DNA from: Candidatus Woesearchaeota archaeon
GTDB lineage: Archaea > Nanobdellota > Nanobdellia > Woesearchaeales > JACPBV01
Assembly (NCBI GenBank): GCA_019323195.1
Contig: JAHWHQ010000035.1
Span: forward strand, 1-53,512
Direction of reading: 5' to 3'
Length of the DNA stretch: 53,512 nucleotides
This document shows positions 15,728 to 24,514 of this stretch, piece after piece (position 1 is the stretch's first letter; each line of letters opens with the position of its first letter). The notes under the pieces were generated by a model that was not told where the DNA came from, did not search any database, and saw only the letters and a program-made list of their open reading frames with translations. The position numbers were made by a program, and so were the translations under genes.

Positions 15728-17161
15728 TTATTTTATTGAACCAAATTCAGCCTCGCAGCTTACCAGCTTTCCAATCACGCTGCTTAGGTCCTTTATCTTT
15801 ACCCTTACCTGTTTTGTGGTGTCTCTTTCCCTTATGGTCACTGAATGGTCTTTTAATGTGTCGAAGTCTATGGTTATGCAGAAAGGGATGCCTGATTCGT
15901 CTGCCCTTGCGTATCTTCTGCCTACGCTTCCTCCCTTGTCGTAGATGCAGTTTAGGTCTTTCTTCAGGATGTTAAAGATATCTTTGGCCTTGTCGTTCAG
16001 CTTGTTTACCAATGGAAAGACACCTGCCTTGACAGGGGCCAGCCTTGGGTTTAGCTTTAGGACTATATTGCCCCTTTTCCTGTCATCTTCGTAAGCGTCT
16101 GTGAGGAAAGCGAGGAATGCCCTGTCAATGCCCTGGGATGGCTCAGCAGCTACATAAGGAACAACCTTTTCCTTGCTTTCCTCATCGAAATATTCTAACG
16201 ATGCCTTGGAAAATTTTATGTGCTGGCTGAGGTCAAACTGTCCTCTATCAGCATTACCGTGTATCTCTTTCCAGCCGAAAGGGAACCTGTATTCAATATC
16301 GAAACAGGCAGAGGCGTAATGGGCCAGCTCGTCCTTCAGGTGCTCCCTAAGCCTTAGGTTCTCTTTTTTAATGCCAAAATCAAGGAAGAATTTGTAATAC
16401 TGGGCGAGCCAGTAGGCATGCCATCCTGAGCAGAGCTTCTTTTGTACCATCTGCTTTATGGTTGTTGTGTTGTGTTCTTTTCCTTTTTTTTGATCGTCTG
16501 CGGTCATGATGTTTACCTTCATGTCCTCAACCTCCTTGATAAGAGGGCAGGAATTGTACTTTTTTGGGTGGACAAAGAACTCTATCTCGAACTGCTCGAA
16601 TTCGCGGCTCCTGAAAAGGAAATCTCGCGGGGAGATCTCGTTCCTGAAGGCCTTTCCTGTCTGGGCGATGCCGAAAGGCAGCTTTTTCCTGGAGCTTTCC
16701 TGGACAAGCTTATAGTCTGTGAAGATAAGCTGGGCAGTCTCTGGCCTTAAGTAGGAGATGTTTCCTTTGGCAGGGCCTACGTTTGTGCCGAACATGAGGT
16801 TGAACCTGCCTTCATTAACCATCTTTCCCTTACATTTAGGGCATTTCATACCCTTGCTGTCGTCACCCTTGGCAGTTATCTTGCATTTCCCGCATCTGTA
16901 GACGTAGTCAGTGAAGGAATCTACATGGCCGGAGGCTTTCCAGACCATGGGATGGGTTATTACAGTGCCGTCAATCCCTACTATGTCGTCACGCTGGTGG
17001 ACAAACCTTTTCCAGAACTCGTTCTTTATGTTGTTCTTAAGCTCTACGCCCAAAGGGCCGTAGTCGAAGAAGCCTGCAAAAGAGCCGTAGATCTCGCTGT
17101 TAGGGAATACAAAGCCCTTTTTCTTGCAGAAAACCGAGATGTCCTGTATTGTCAATGCCAT
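15728..17161 (-). CDS. glyS: glycine--tRNA ligase (dimeric archaeal/eukaryotic type)
   Basis: N-terminus KKGFVFPNSEIYGSFAGFFDYGPLGVELKNN, class II motifs (FRNEISPR, GWKEIHGNADR.QFDL, GIDR) and a C-terminal anticodon-binding domain. All are typical GlyRS signatures. Confidence 0.9.
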   Translation of the reverse strand: MALTIQDISVFCKKKGFVFPNSEIYGSFAGFFDYGPLGVELKNNIKNEFWKRFVHQRDDIVGIDGTVITHPMVWKASGHVDSFTDYVYRCGKCKITAKGDDSKGMKCPKCKGKMVNEGRFNLMFGTNVGPAKGNISYLRPETAQLIFTDYKLVQESSRKKLPFGIAQTGKAFRNEISPRDFLFRSREFEQFEIEFFVHPKKYNSCPLIKEVEDMKVNIMTADDQKKGKEHNTTTIKQMVQKKLCSGWHAYWLAQYYKFFLDFGIKKENLRLREHLKDELAHYASACFDIEYRFPFGWKEIHGNADRGQFDLSQHIKFSKASLEYFDEESKEKVVPYVAAEPSQGIDRAFLAFLTDAYEDDRKRGNIVLKLNPRLAPVKAGVFPLVNKLNDKAKDIFNILKKDLNCIYDKGGSVGRRYARADESGIPFCITIDFDTLKDHSVTIRERDTTKQVRVKIKDLSSVIGKLVSCEAEFGSIK

Positions 17162-17328
17162 AATTGAGGTATAACTTAAGGGATATATATAAATATTGCC
17201 TTACTTACTTTGGTTTTTGGGTTTTTTTAGCTTAATATAATTAATGAGAAGATCTATTTTTTATGGGATAAATTCTGGTTTCTGGCGGTCGGGAAACATT
17301 TATATATCCTGGATATTCCCTTCTGGTT

Positions 17329-17410
17329 ATGATTAAAGCATTTATCTTTGATATAGGGGGGGGTATTGGTCAGAAATGATGAAGCAGCTATCGAGTGTGC
17401 TGCCCAATAG
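17329..17410 (+). pseudogene. relic of HAD-family hydrolase N-terminus, frameshifted in a G8 run
   Basis: ATG..MIKAFIFDIGGG then stop. Removing one G from the 8-G run (17356-17363) gives MIKAFIFDIGGVLVRNDEAAIECAAQ*, which contains the HAD-type FD.GGVL motif. The reading frame then ends. Confidence 0.4.
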
Positions 17411-17497
17411 GAACTGATACAATGGGGGTATTAAACCAATCTTGAGCAATATAGCAATAGAAATACTTATAAATAAGCCCTGTTTCCTCACCCTGGC

Positions 17498-18148
17498 ATG
17501 AAAAACGATTCAGATTTTAAGACAAATTTACTGCTTGGCCTTTTTGTGGCTGCATTGATAGCAGGAAACCTTATAGGGACGAAAATCACGAAGTTCTGGA
17601 TCATCGAGGTCTCTGTCGGGATATTCGCTTATCCGCTTACTTTCCTTATCACTGATGCTGTGCAGGAGGTGTACGGGAAGGAAAAGGCAAACCAGTTTGT
17701 CTGGGTGGGCTTTATATGCCTGTTGTTCATACTGATGGTAACGGCTTTTGCTGTGTGGCTGCCTTTTGCCCCCAGGAGCTTTGTGAAGGAGAACTACACG
17801 CAGGTGTTCGGGAGCACTTTGAGGATATTTGTGGCAAGCATAATAGCTTTCATGGCCTCGCAGTTCCATGACGTGTGGGCGTTCAATTTCTGGAAGCAGC
17901 AGACAAAGGGAAGGTTCCTGTGGCTGAGGAATAATGCCTCTACTATAGTGAGCCAGTTTATCGACACTGTGATGTTCATGTTCATAGCATTCTATGGGCT
18001 GACGCCTAAGCATAACGCAGCTTATATGTTTACGCTGATAATACCTTATTACCTGCTCAAGATTGTTATCGCGCTGGCGGATACTGCGCCTGTCTACCTT
18101 ATCGTGTGGTGGCTTAGGGGGTCTGGTAAGGATACTGGTAAGAGATAA
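17498..18148 (+). CDS. yhhQ: queuosine precursor transporter (YhhQ/DUF165 family)
   Basis: Motifs YPLTFLITDAVQEVYGK, ASQFHDVWAFNFWK and SQFIDTVMFMFIAF. Confidence 0.85.
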   Translation: MKNDSDFKTNLLLGLFVAALIAGNLIGTKITKFWIIEVSVGIFAYPLTFLITDAVQEVYGKEKANQFVWVGFICLLFILMVTAFAVWLPFAPRSFVKENYTQVFGSTLRIFVASIIAFMASQFHDVWAFNFWKQQTKGRFLWLRNNASTIVSQFIDTVMFMFIAFYGLTPKHNAAYMFTLIIPYYLLKIVIALADTAPVYLIVWWLRGSGKDTGKR

Positions 18149-18233
18149 TGGAAAAGCTTTCTTTGCTGCAGGATTAGGATAGGCAGTTAATGGAATAAAT
18201 CAGTCTTGTTTTTATGTTGTAAAGAATATAAAA

Positions 18234-18506
18234 TCACAACCCAAACGAATCAGAGAATTCCTTGATCTTCTTGAACTCCTGGATGTAATTGGCGCCTTTG
18301 TCTGTCAGGGTGTAGACCTTTTTTCCTTTGCACTCTTCCTCGCTGACCATTCCCTTGCCTATTAGGTCTTTAAGGTACTCGAGCATCTTCTTGTAGGATA
18401 GGTTGGACTTGTAGAGAAGGTGAGTTGGCTTGATCTTTCCCCCCTTTTTTTGTATTGCAGTCAGGATGTCAGCTATGATCTCGATCTTTGTTCTTCTTGC
18501 ACCCAT
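18234..18506 (-). CDS. small winged-helix DNA-binding protein (archaeal COG3432-like)
   Basis: 90 aa. RRTKIEIIADILTAIQKKGGKIKPTHLLYKSNLSYKKMLEYLKDLIGKGMV is the typical pattern of this archaeal wHTH family. Confidence 0.7.
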   Translation of the reverse strand: MGARRTKIEIIADILTAIQKKGGKIKPTHLLYKSNLSYKKMLEYLKDLIGKGMVSEEECKGKKVYTLTDKGANYIQEFKKIKEFSDSFGL

Positions 18507-18529
18507 ATTAAGTCGCCTTATGAACCGGA

Positions 18530-19210
18530 TTATTTCTTTGCCATCATGCTTATCATGGCAATCAGCAGCATGAGGTAGCCGATAAGCTGGATACTTTCCC
18601 CAAGGACATAAAAATGCTTTACAATGCCTTCGAAGATGAAGAATACCTGGCTCACCAGCAATGCTAAAAAGGAATACATGACTGTTTTTGCATTTTTGCT
18701 CTTTACCCTTAGATAGTTCTTCTTATAGCCCAGGAAAAGAATTCCAAGCATAAGGAGAAGTGTGATATGGAAGATGATATATGAGGCGCTTACAAGGGTT
18801 GTGGATATTATAAGGAGATATATCAGAAGGATGATGATCTTCCTGTCCTTTATCTTTAAAGAGACCAGGACAAGAAGAAGGAATGCAAAAAGCATGATAA
18901 GCCTCGCGATAGAGACGCCAAGGGCATTGATCCACCTTACGTTGTTTATGACCTGGGAGGTTATGGTCACCAGGCCTACGGTCTCTACCTTTAACTGCTT
19001 TGAATAGACAGGTATTGTAGCAAGTATCTTGCTTACAAAGGCCAGGGCAACAAGGAAAAAGGAGGCTGCGAAGTAGAAGTACTTCTTCTGCGAGGTGTAC
19101 CTGTAGCTCTTATAGGCAAAATAGCTTATCATAAGGCCGACGATGACAGAAACTAGGTCAAAGATATAATCAATGCCGTAAAACCATGTAGGCCCGAATA
19201 CATATGCCAT
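18530..19210 (-). CDS. polytopic membrane protein, hypothetical
   Basis: 226-aa ORF with about 6 TM helices. Confidence 0.55.
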   Translation of the reverse strand: MAYVFGPTWFYGIDYIFDLVSVIVGLMISYFAYKSYRYTSQKKYFYFAASFFLVALAFVSKILATIPVYSKQLKVETVGLVTITSQVINNVRWINALGVSIARLIMLFAFLLLVLVSLKIKDRKIIILLIYLLIISTTLVSASYIIFHITLLLMLGILFLGYKKNYLRVKSKNAKTVMYSFLALLVSQVFFIFEGIVKHFYVLGESIQLIGYLMLLIAMISMMAKK

Positions 19211-19439
19211 TTTTTATTGTTGATCCAGATTTAACTAAGGGTTGAATATTGGCTTTATCCGTTTATAAACTTTATGGATTCTTGTTCTTTATCCGCACTT
19301 CATAACCTATTTATAAATGCCTGCTTATTAGAATTATATCAGGGATTTTGAATATCACGTTCATGATGAATTCCTGCTGGCTTGTGTTTTACCCCCTCAA
19401 TTTCCACGAGCCAGCGCATACCGCTAAACACCTCTTTTG

Positions 19440-19492
19440 AAAAGGCAAAGGAAACCTCGTTTAAAAACCCCTAGAAAATTCCTTTGCCTTTT
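19440..19492 (-). terminator. hairpin immediately downstream of 19500..20144
   Basis: AAAGGCAAAGGA (19441-19452) pairs with TCCTTTGCCTTT (19480-19491). U-rich flanks on both strands. Confidence 0.35.
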
Positions 19493-19499
19493 TTTTCTT

Positions 19500-20144
19500 T
19501 TAGGGGGATTTAACATACCCCTTGACAAGCAACTTTCCAAGCAGGGTTAACGAGACCTTTATCCTGCCTTTTTGTTCGTCAGCTATAACTAAGCCCATCT
19601 CTTTAAGGCCTTCGGACTTGAGATTGCCGTTTATATGGTAGGAGACCAGGGGCAGGGACATGCCCAGCCTTTTGCCTAGGCCTTCCAGAGAGGAGCAGCA
19701 GTCCTTATTCTTGTACAGAAACTTAAGGATGTCCATCTTCTTGTCAGTAAGGATCTTATAATATGAGAATTTCAGTATGGGCATAAGGACTACATCGTTT
19801 CCATGGACAGTGAATGCCTTCAGGCCGTTGACAAAGGCTGCTGAGCATAGGGCACATTTGCTGGCTCCTGCATCCCCTGAGGCTGAATTTATTATAAGGT
19901 CCCTGTCGCCCTCTGCCTCTTTAATCTCCTTGACAGCCTGGAATATGCTCTCCCATGGGTCGCCGTCTATTTTTTTTATCTGGACAGGGATCTTGAATTT
20001 TTCCAGGTCTTTTTTGGCTTTTTCAGCCAGTTCCTCCTTGCCTTTGGGGGTTATGAGGATGATCCTTTTTGTCGGGAATTCCCTTATCCCTACAAACAAT
20101 GAATCCATGTTTTCCCCTGCAGCAGCTATAACAGTATGCGCCAT
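19500..20144 (-). CDS. transcriptional regulator: Rossmann-like (CARF/Csa3-N-like?) sensor domain + C-terminal wHTH
   Basis: ATG at 20144 preceded by AAGGTGGT; the track starts 9 nt upstream at a GTG. The N-terminal about 125 aa is an alpha/beta domain. The C-terminal MDILKFLYKNKDCCSSLEGLGKRLGMSLPLVSYHINGNLKSEGLKEMGLV is a wHTH. Confidence 0.6.
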   Translation of the reverse strand: MAHTVIAAAGENMDSLFVGIREFPTKRIILITPKGKEELAEKAKKDLEKFKIPVQIKKIDGDPWESIFQAVKEIKEAEGDRDLIINSASGDAGASKCALCSAAFVNGLKAFTVHGNDVVLMPILKFSYYKILTDKKMDILKFLYKNKDCCSSLEGLGKRLGMSLPLVSYHINGNLKSEGLKEMGLVIADEQKGRIKVSLTLLGKLLVKGYVKSP

Positions 20145-20260
20145 GAATACCACCTTTATAATGTTTAAGTATTATTTAATATTTAAACTTTTTGTTTAAT
20201 ATGTAAGGGCTAGTTTAATATTTTTCTTTTGGGTCGAAAACAGAAGGTGATGAAAAAGAA

Positions 20261-20437
20261 ATGAAAAAGAAACAATTCATATGCAAGACATGCGGATGCA
20301 AGACAAATGATATAGGGCATCTTTGCGATCCTAAGAGGGTTTCGAAAAAAGCAAAGCTCTTTATATGCCAGGGATGCGGGCTGATAACAACAGAGGATTA
20401 CCTGCTCTGCAGGCCTAAGATGCTTAGGCTGAAATAG
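20261..20437 (+). CDS. small Cys-rich protein with two CxxC...LC(D/R)P half-repeats
   Basis: 58-aa ORF not in the track: MKKKQFICKTCGCKTNDIGHLCDPKRVSKKAKLFICQGCGLITTEDYLLCRPKMLRLK. An SD-like AAGGTGAT lies about 10 nt upstream. Confidence 0.45.
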   Translation: MKKKQFICKTCGCKTNDIGHLCDPKRVSKKAKLFICQGCGLITTEDYLLCRPKMLRLK

Positions 20438-20482
20438 TGCTAATAGTAAACTTAATAAACAACCTTAATCCGCCAATCTAAC

Positions 20483-21118
20483 ATGGTGAAAAACAAGATT
20501 GTCCCGGCAATAATCGCGAAATCACAGGAAGAGCTGGATAAGAGGATAGACAAGGTGAAGGACTATTTTGAGATTCTGCAGCTTGATGTTATGGACGGAA
20601 TCTTTGTTCCTACGCATTCTATCGATTTTGATTTTAAGCTGCCTAAGACCAAATGCAGGTATGAGGCGCACCTGATGGTAGATAACCCTTATGAGTGGAT
20701 TGTGAAGAACAATGAGGCAGCGGACATATTTCTTGTCCATATAGAATCATGCAGGGAGCCGGAGAAGGTGATAGGACTGGTAAGGTCAAAGGGAAAGAAG
20801 ATAGGGTTTGTTATCAACCCTAAAACACCACTGGAAAAGATAAAGCCTTATCTTGACAGGATAGACCAGGTATTGGTCATGACAGTCGATCCAGGATATT
20901 ACGGCAGCCCGTTCCTGCCTGAAGCGCTGGATAAGGTCAGGGAATTGAGGGAATTAAAGCCTGGCCTTGACATAGAGGTGGACGGCGGGATCAATGCTGA
21001 TACGATCAAGAAGGCATACCAGGCAGGGGCTAACCTTTTTGTATGCGGGTCGTACCTGCAGAAGAGCGGGGATGTGAAGAAGGCTGCTGAAGGGCTTGAG
21101 AAGGCATATTTAAATTAA
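20483..21118 (+). CDS. rpe: ribulose-phosphate 3-epimerase
   Basis: Motifs LQLDVMDGIFVP, HLMV, MTVDPGYYGSPF and EVDGGIN. Confidence 0.9.
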   Translation: MVKNKIVPAIIAKSQEELDKRIDKVKDYFEILQLDVMDGIFVPTHSIDFDFKLPKTKCRYEAHLMVDNPYEWIVKNNEAADIFLVHIESCREPEKVIGLVRSKGKKIGFVINPKTPLEKIKPYLDRIDQVLVMTVDPGYYGSPFLPEALDKVRELRELKPGLDIEVDGGINADTIKKAYQAGANLFVCGSYLQKSGDVKKAAEGLEKAYLN

Positions 21119-21298
21119 GATAACTTAAGCCTTAAACATATTCTTTAAATCTTTAAGATTAGCTTATTATATCTTATTCTTCTATAGTTGTTCTATATTT
21201 GCTTAAAAGATACAATCATGCTAAAAAGCAATGAGCTTAAACCCTTGAGCAGGCTGAAGCTTAACCCCCTCTTTCTTCCGCCTGCTCTTATTAGTCAA

Positions 21299-21479
21299 AT
21301 CTTTTAGGTCGCATTGAAAACTCCGCTAACGCTACGTCCACTGGCTTCAAAATTCTTTATGTTGTTTTGAAAAGTGCTGCGTCCCCGTAAGGGACATCCC
21401 CCCGCAACGCACTGAATCTTCTTTTTTATGGAATTTTGACCTTAGGCCAGTGGAACTTTTCAATGCGACCATCTTTTAG
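21299..21479. mobile_element. MITE-like element (163 bp) with 13-14-bp terminal inverted repeats and 9-bp direct flanking duplication
   Basis: Direct repeat ATCTTTTAG at 21299-21307 and 21471-21479. TIRs are GTCGCATTGAAAA (21308-21320) and TTTTCAATGCGAC (21457-21469). Nested internal complementarity: CCACTGGC/GCCAGTGG, TCAAAATTC/GAATTTTGA and GTGC-TGCG/CGCA-GCAC. Confidence 0.55.
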
Positions 21480-21527
21480 CAAACTATATAAATAATGACA
21501 GATAAATAAATATGCGAGGTGGTTTTG

Positions 21528-21761
21528 ATGGCAAAGGTAATCGTTTACGGGACGGAAAGGTGCCCATGGTGCCATAAGGCTAAGGACTTTCTGAAAGAGA
21601 ATAACATAGAGTTCGAGGACAAGGATGTTTCTTCAGATGAAGGGGCGAGTAACGAGATGATAGAAAAGTCAGGGCAGAGGGGGGTTCCGGTCATCGATAT
21701 AGACGGTACTATTATTGTGGGCTTTGACCAGGAAGCGATAAAAAAGGCATTGAAAATTTAA
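21528..21761 (+). CDS. glutaredoxin-like protein (NrdH/Grx family)
   Basis: CPWC active site (VIVYGTERCPWCHKAKDFL) and GVPVIDIDG. ATG at 21528 preceded by GAGGTGG. Confidence 0.8.
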   Translation: MAKVIVYGTERCPWCHKAKDFLKENNIEFEDKDVSSDEGASNEMIEKSGQRGVPVIDIDGTIIVGFDQEAIKKALKI

Positions 21762-21762
21762 G

Positions 21763-22710
21763 ATGTATGACGTGATAATAATAGGAGGGGGAATCTCTGC
21801 TTTTGGGGCGGCGGTATACTGCGGGAGGTTCCAGCTTAAGACGCTCGTTATAGGCGGGAATGTAGGCGGGACTGTGGTTCTTGCAGGCAATATCTCAAAC
21901 TACCCAGGCTTTAAGGAGATAACAGGGATGGAGCTCTTTGACAGGGTCAAGGGGCATGCTGAGGATTACGGGATAGAGGCCAGGGAACAAAAGGTTGAGA
22001 GGATAGAAAAATCTGCAGGTTATTTTAAGGTCTCCGGGAAGGATTACAGCTATAAGAGCAGGACAATAATAATTGCAACAGGGACGGAATGGAGGAAGCT
22101 TAATGTTCCCGGCGAGAAGGAGTTTTCCAATAAAGGTGTCCATTACTGCGCATTGTGCGAGGGAATGCTGTATAAGGATAAGGTAATAGGCGTGGTAGGA
22201 GGATCAGATTCAGCGGCAAAGGAGGCACTGCTGCTGGCAGAGTATGGCAGGAAGGTCTATATCATCTACAGGAAGGAGAAGATAAGGGCAGAGCCGATCA
22301 ACCTTAAGAGGGTTGAGCAGAATAAGAAGATAGAGGTAATAAGCAACACGAACATCAAGGAGATCAGGGGAGATAGGTTTGTTACAGGTGTTGTTTTTGA
22401 CAAGCCCTATAAGGGGTCGAAGGAGTTCAGGCTGGATGCCCTGTTTATCGAGATCGGGCATGTACCTGTTTCCGGGCTGGCGAAGCAGATCGGCGTAAAG
22501 ACGAACAGGAAAGGGGAGATCATAAGCAGCAAAGAGACAGCAGCAACGAATGTGAAAGGAGTCTATGCATGCGGGGATGTGGCGGACAACAGGTTTAAGC
22601 AGGCAATAACAGGGGTGGCAGAAGGGGTTATAGCTGCATATAATGTTTACCAGTACATAAATAATGAGATGATGGTGTGCGGGTGCAGCGATGACGGCAC
22701 AGATGCCTAG
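21763..22710 (+). CDS. trxB: thioredoxin-disulfide reductase
   Basis: FAD motif DVIIIGGGISAFGAAVY, redox CALC, NAD(P)H motif VVGGSDSAAKEALLL and YACGDV. Start is 1 nt after the Grx stop. Confidence 0.9.
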   Translation: MYDVIIIGGGISAFGAAVYCGRFQLKTLVIGGNVGGTVVLAGNISNYPGFKEITGMELFDRVKGHAEDYGIEAREQKVERIEKSAGYFKVSGKDYSYKSRTIIIATGTEWRKLNVPGEKEFSNKGVHYCALCEGMLYKDKVIGVVGGSDSAAKEALLLAEYGRKVYIIYRKEKIRAEPINLKRVEQNKKIEVISNTNIKEIRGDRFVTGVVFDKPYKGSKEFRLDALFIEIGHVPVSGLAKQIGVKTNRKGEIISSKETAATNVKGVYACGDVADNRFKQAITGVAEGVIAAYNVYQYINNEMMVCGCSDDGTDA

Positions 22711-22792
22711 GATTTCTATGAGGCATGAAAAACAAAAGATTTATATATAATTTCAGGAGTTAACTGTTCCATAAAAGAGGTGGGCATATCTT

Positions 22793-24466
22793 ATGAAGAA
22801 AATAGTCTTATTTGCACTTATGCTTTTGTTTTTGACCCCGGTAATATTCGCTGAGGAGTATGTTATTGTCAATTCTGAGGACTGGAGGGATGTTTATTCT
22901 GCAATGCTGTACGGGAGCCTTAGCGGCAGGGGAGTGAGCTTTCTTGTGAGCGACAGGCACAGCACACTTATACTTGGCTCAATACCGAAAGAAACCTCTA
23001 TTATAGCAATGAGCTCCAGGAAATCCCCCTTTATCATAGGGTACGGGGCTGTGCTGGAGAACAGCGGGTATGATACTGAAGAGGTGGTATATGACGGGTT
23101 TAACCTGGAGGTTGCAAGGCTGCTGGATGTTGAGAATTATATCATAGTAGATGATTCTTACGGGTATAATGCTGTCAGCGTAGCGCCATATGCGGTCGTT
23201 TCTGATTCCTATGTTCTGTTTGCAGACAGGGGAAATATCAGGGAGATCGACTCTTTTTTAAGCGAAAGGAATGTCGGCAATCTGCTGATATACGGCAATG
23301 TGGACAGGCAGGTGAAGGAGGCTTTGGCGCGGTATGATCCTGAGATCATAAACAAGGACGGGGACAGGTTTGCCAATAACATAGAGATCGTGAAGAAATA
23401 CCAGAAGATTAAGAATGCAAAGCAGGTTATGCTTACGAACGGGGAGTTTATAGAGAAGGAGGTAATGTCAGGGGCTGAGCCTGTTATCTTTATAGGGGCG
23501 AATAATGTTCCTGACCAGGTAAGGGACTATATACAGAGCACTGACATTGAGATTGGGGTGCTTGTAGGAAACGAGCTTGTAGGGACAGCCACCTACATAA
23601 GAAGGAACGTGGGGATAAGCGTTTTTGTCAAGTTTGCACAGGGAGCAAGGGCGCCTAAGGGGGCGATCTCGCAGGTGGAGGCGCTGGACATGTTCTATCT
23701 TCCTGTCTACTCGCTTAACATCGAGGTGGATTCAATAAAATATAACAAGGCAACAAACCAGCTCGAAGTTAATATCAAGAATACCGAAGACCAGGCTGTC
23801 TATTTCAAGGGCACCTATTCAATCATGGGGGACGGCGCAGAGCAGAAGGTGGGCGACATAGACCCAATATTCCTTGACGGCAATGAGATCAAGACGGTTG
23901 TCTATGACCTTGAGCCGATAACCGGAGAGGAGATAAGGGCTGATGTCTACATCATCTACGGGGAGTCAAAGGGCTCTATGGAGAAGGTGATAGACCTTAG
24001 CATGACTATAGAACTGGTGGAGATATATGATAAATGCGAGATATCTCTGAATGACCTAAGGTATAATAAGAGAAAAGGCGTATTCTATATTGAGGTCGAA
24101 AACACGGCTGATGTAGACTGCTATGTTGATGTGGAGCTGGTGGACCTTTTGATCAATTCTGAGACAAGGAGCTTTAGCGCAGATGATGTTCTGCTGCTTA
24201 AGCCAGGGGAAAAGAATAAGCAGAGGATCAAGGCAAAGCTCGAGGAGGAGGATATAGAGGATAATGACATCATCAATGCAAGGGCCTATTACGGGGAAAG
24301 GAGCGACAGCCTGGTGAAGCTTATCGAGGCTGAGTTTGAGCTGGCCTTTGAGGATATAGACTATGTCTCATATTCACTGCTGCTGATAATAATACTGCTT
24401 ATACTGCTTATCATCTGGAGAAGGTACCAGAACAGGAAAGAGAGGAAGAAGAAGAAGCGTTCTTAG
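22793..24466 (+). CDS. surface-anchored protein with signal peptide, three alpha/beta (CWB2-like?) N-terminal repeats and a C-terminal TM anchor
   Basis: Signal peptide MKKIVLFALMLLFLTPVIFA. Repeated Y(V/I)IV(N/D)..... modules. C-terminal TM LLLIIILLILLIIW followed by the basic tail RRYQNRKERKKKKRS. Confidence 0.65.
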   Translation: MKKIVLFALMLLFLTPVIFAEEYVIVNSEDWRDVYSAMLYGSLSGRGVSFLVSDRHSTLILGSIPKETSIIAMSSRKSPFIIGYGAVLENSGYDTEEVVYDGFNLEVARLLDVENYIIVDDSYGYNAVSVAPYAVVSDSYVLFADRGNIREIDSFLSERNVGNLLIYGNVDRQVKEALARYDPEIINKDGDRFANNIEIVKKYQKIKNAKQVMLTNGEFIEKEVMSGAEPVIFIGANNVPDQVRDYIQSTDIEIGVLVGNELVGTATYIRRNVGISVFVKFAQGARAPKGAISQVEALDMFYLPVYSLNIEVDSIKYNKATNQLEVNIKNTEDQAVYFKGTYSIMGDGAEQKVGDIDPIFLDGNEIKTVVYDLEPITGEEIRADVYIIYGESKGSMEKVIDLSMTIELVEIYDKCEISLNDLRYNKRKGVFYIEVENTADVDCYVDVELVDLLINSETRSFSADDVLLLKPGEKNKQRIKAKLEEEDIEDNDIINARAYYGERSDSLVKLIEAEFELAFEDIDYVSYSLLLIIILLILLIIWRRYQNRKERKKKKRS

Positions 24467-24514
24467 GGGTTTAGGTAGATGACTAGATCCCAATAAGGAT
24501 ATAGAGGGCTTTGA

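Noticed and set aside
17162-17497. preQ1-type riboswitch upstream of the YhhQ transporter gene
   Set aside because: I could not recognise a preQ1 aptamer-like hairpin/pseudoknot. The spacer is better explained by a decayed HAD gene stub and promoter sequence. An Rfam scan would be needed to exclude it.
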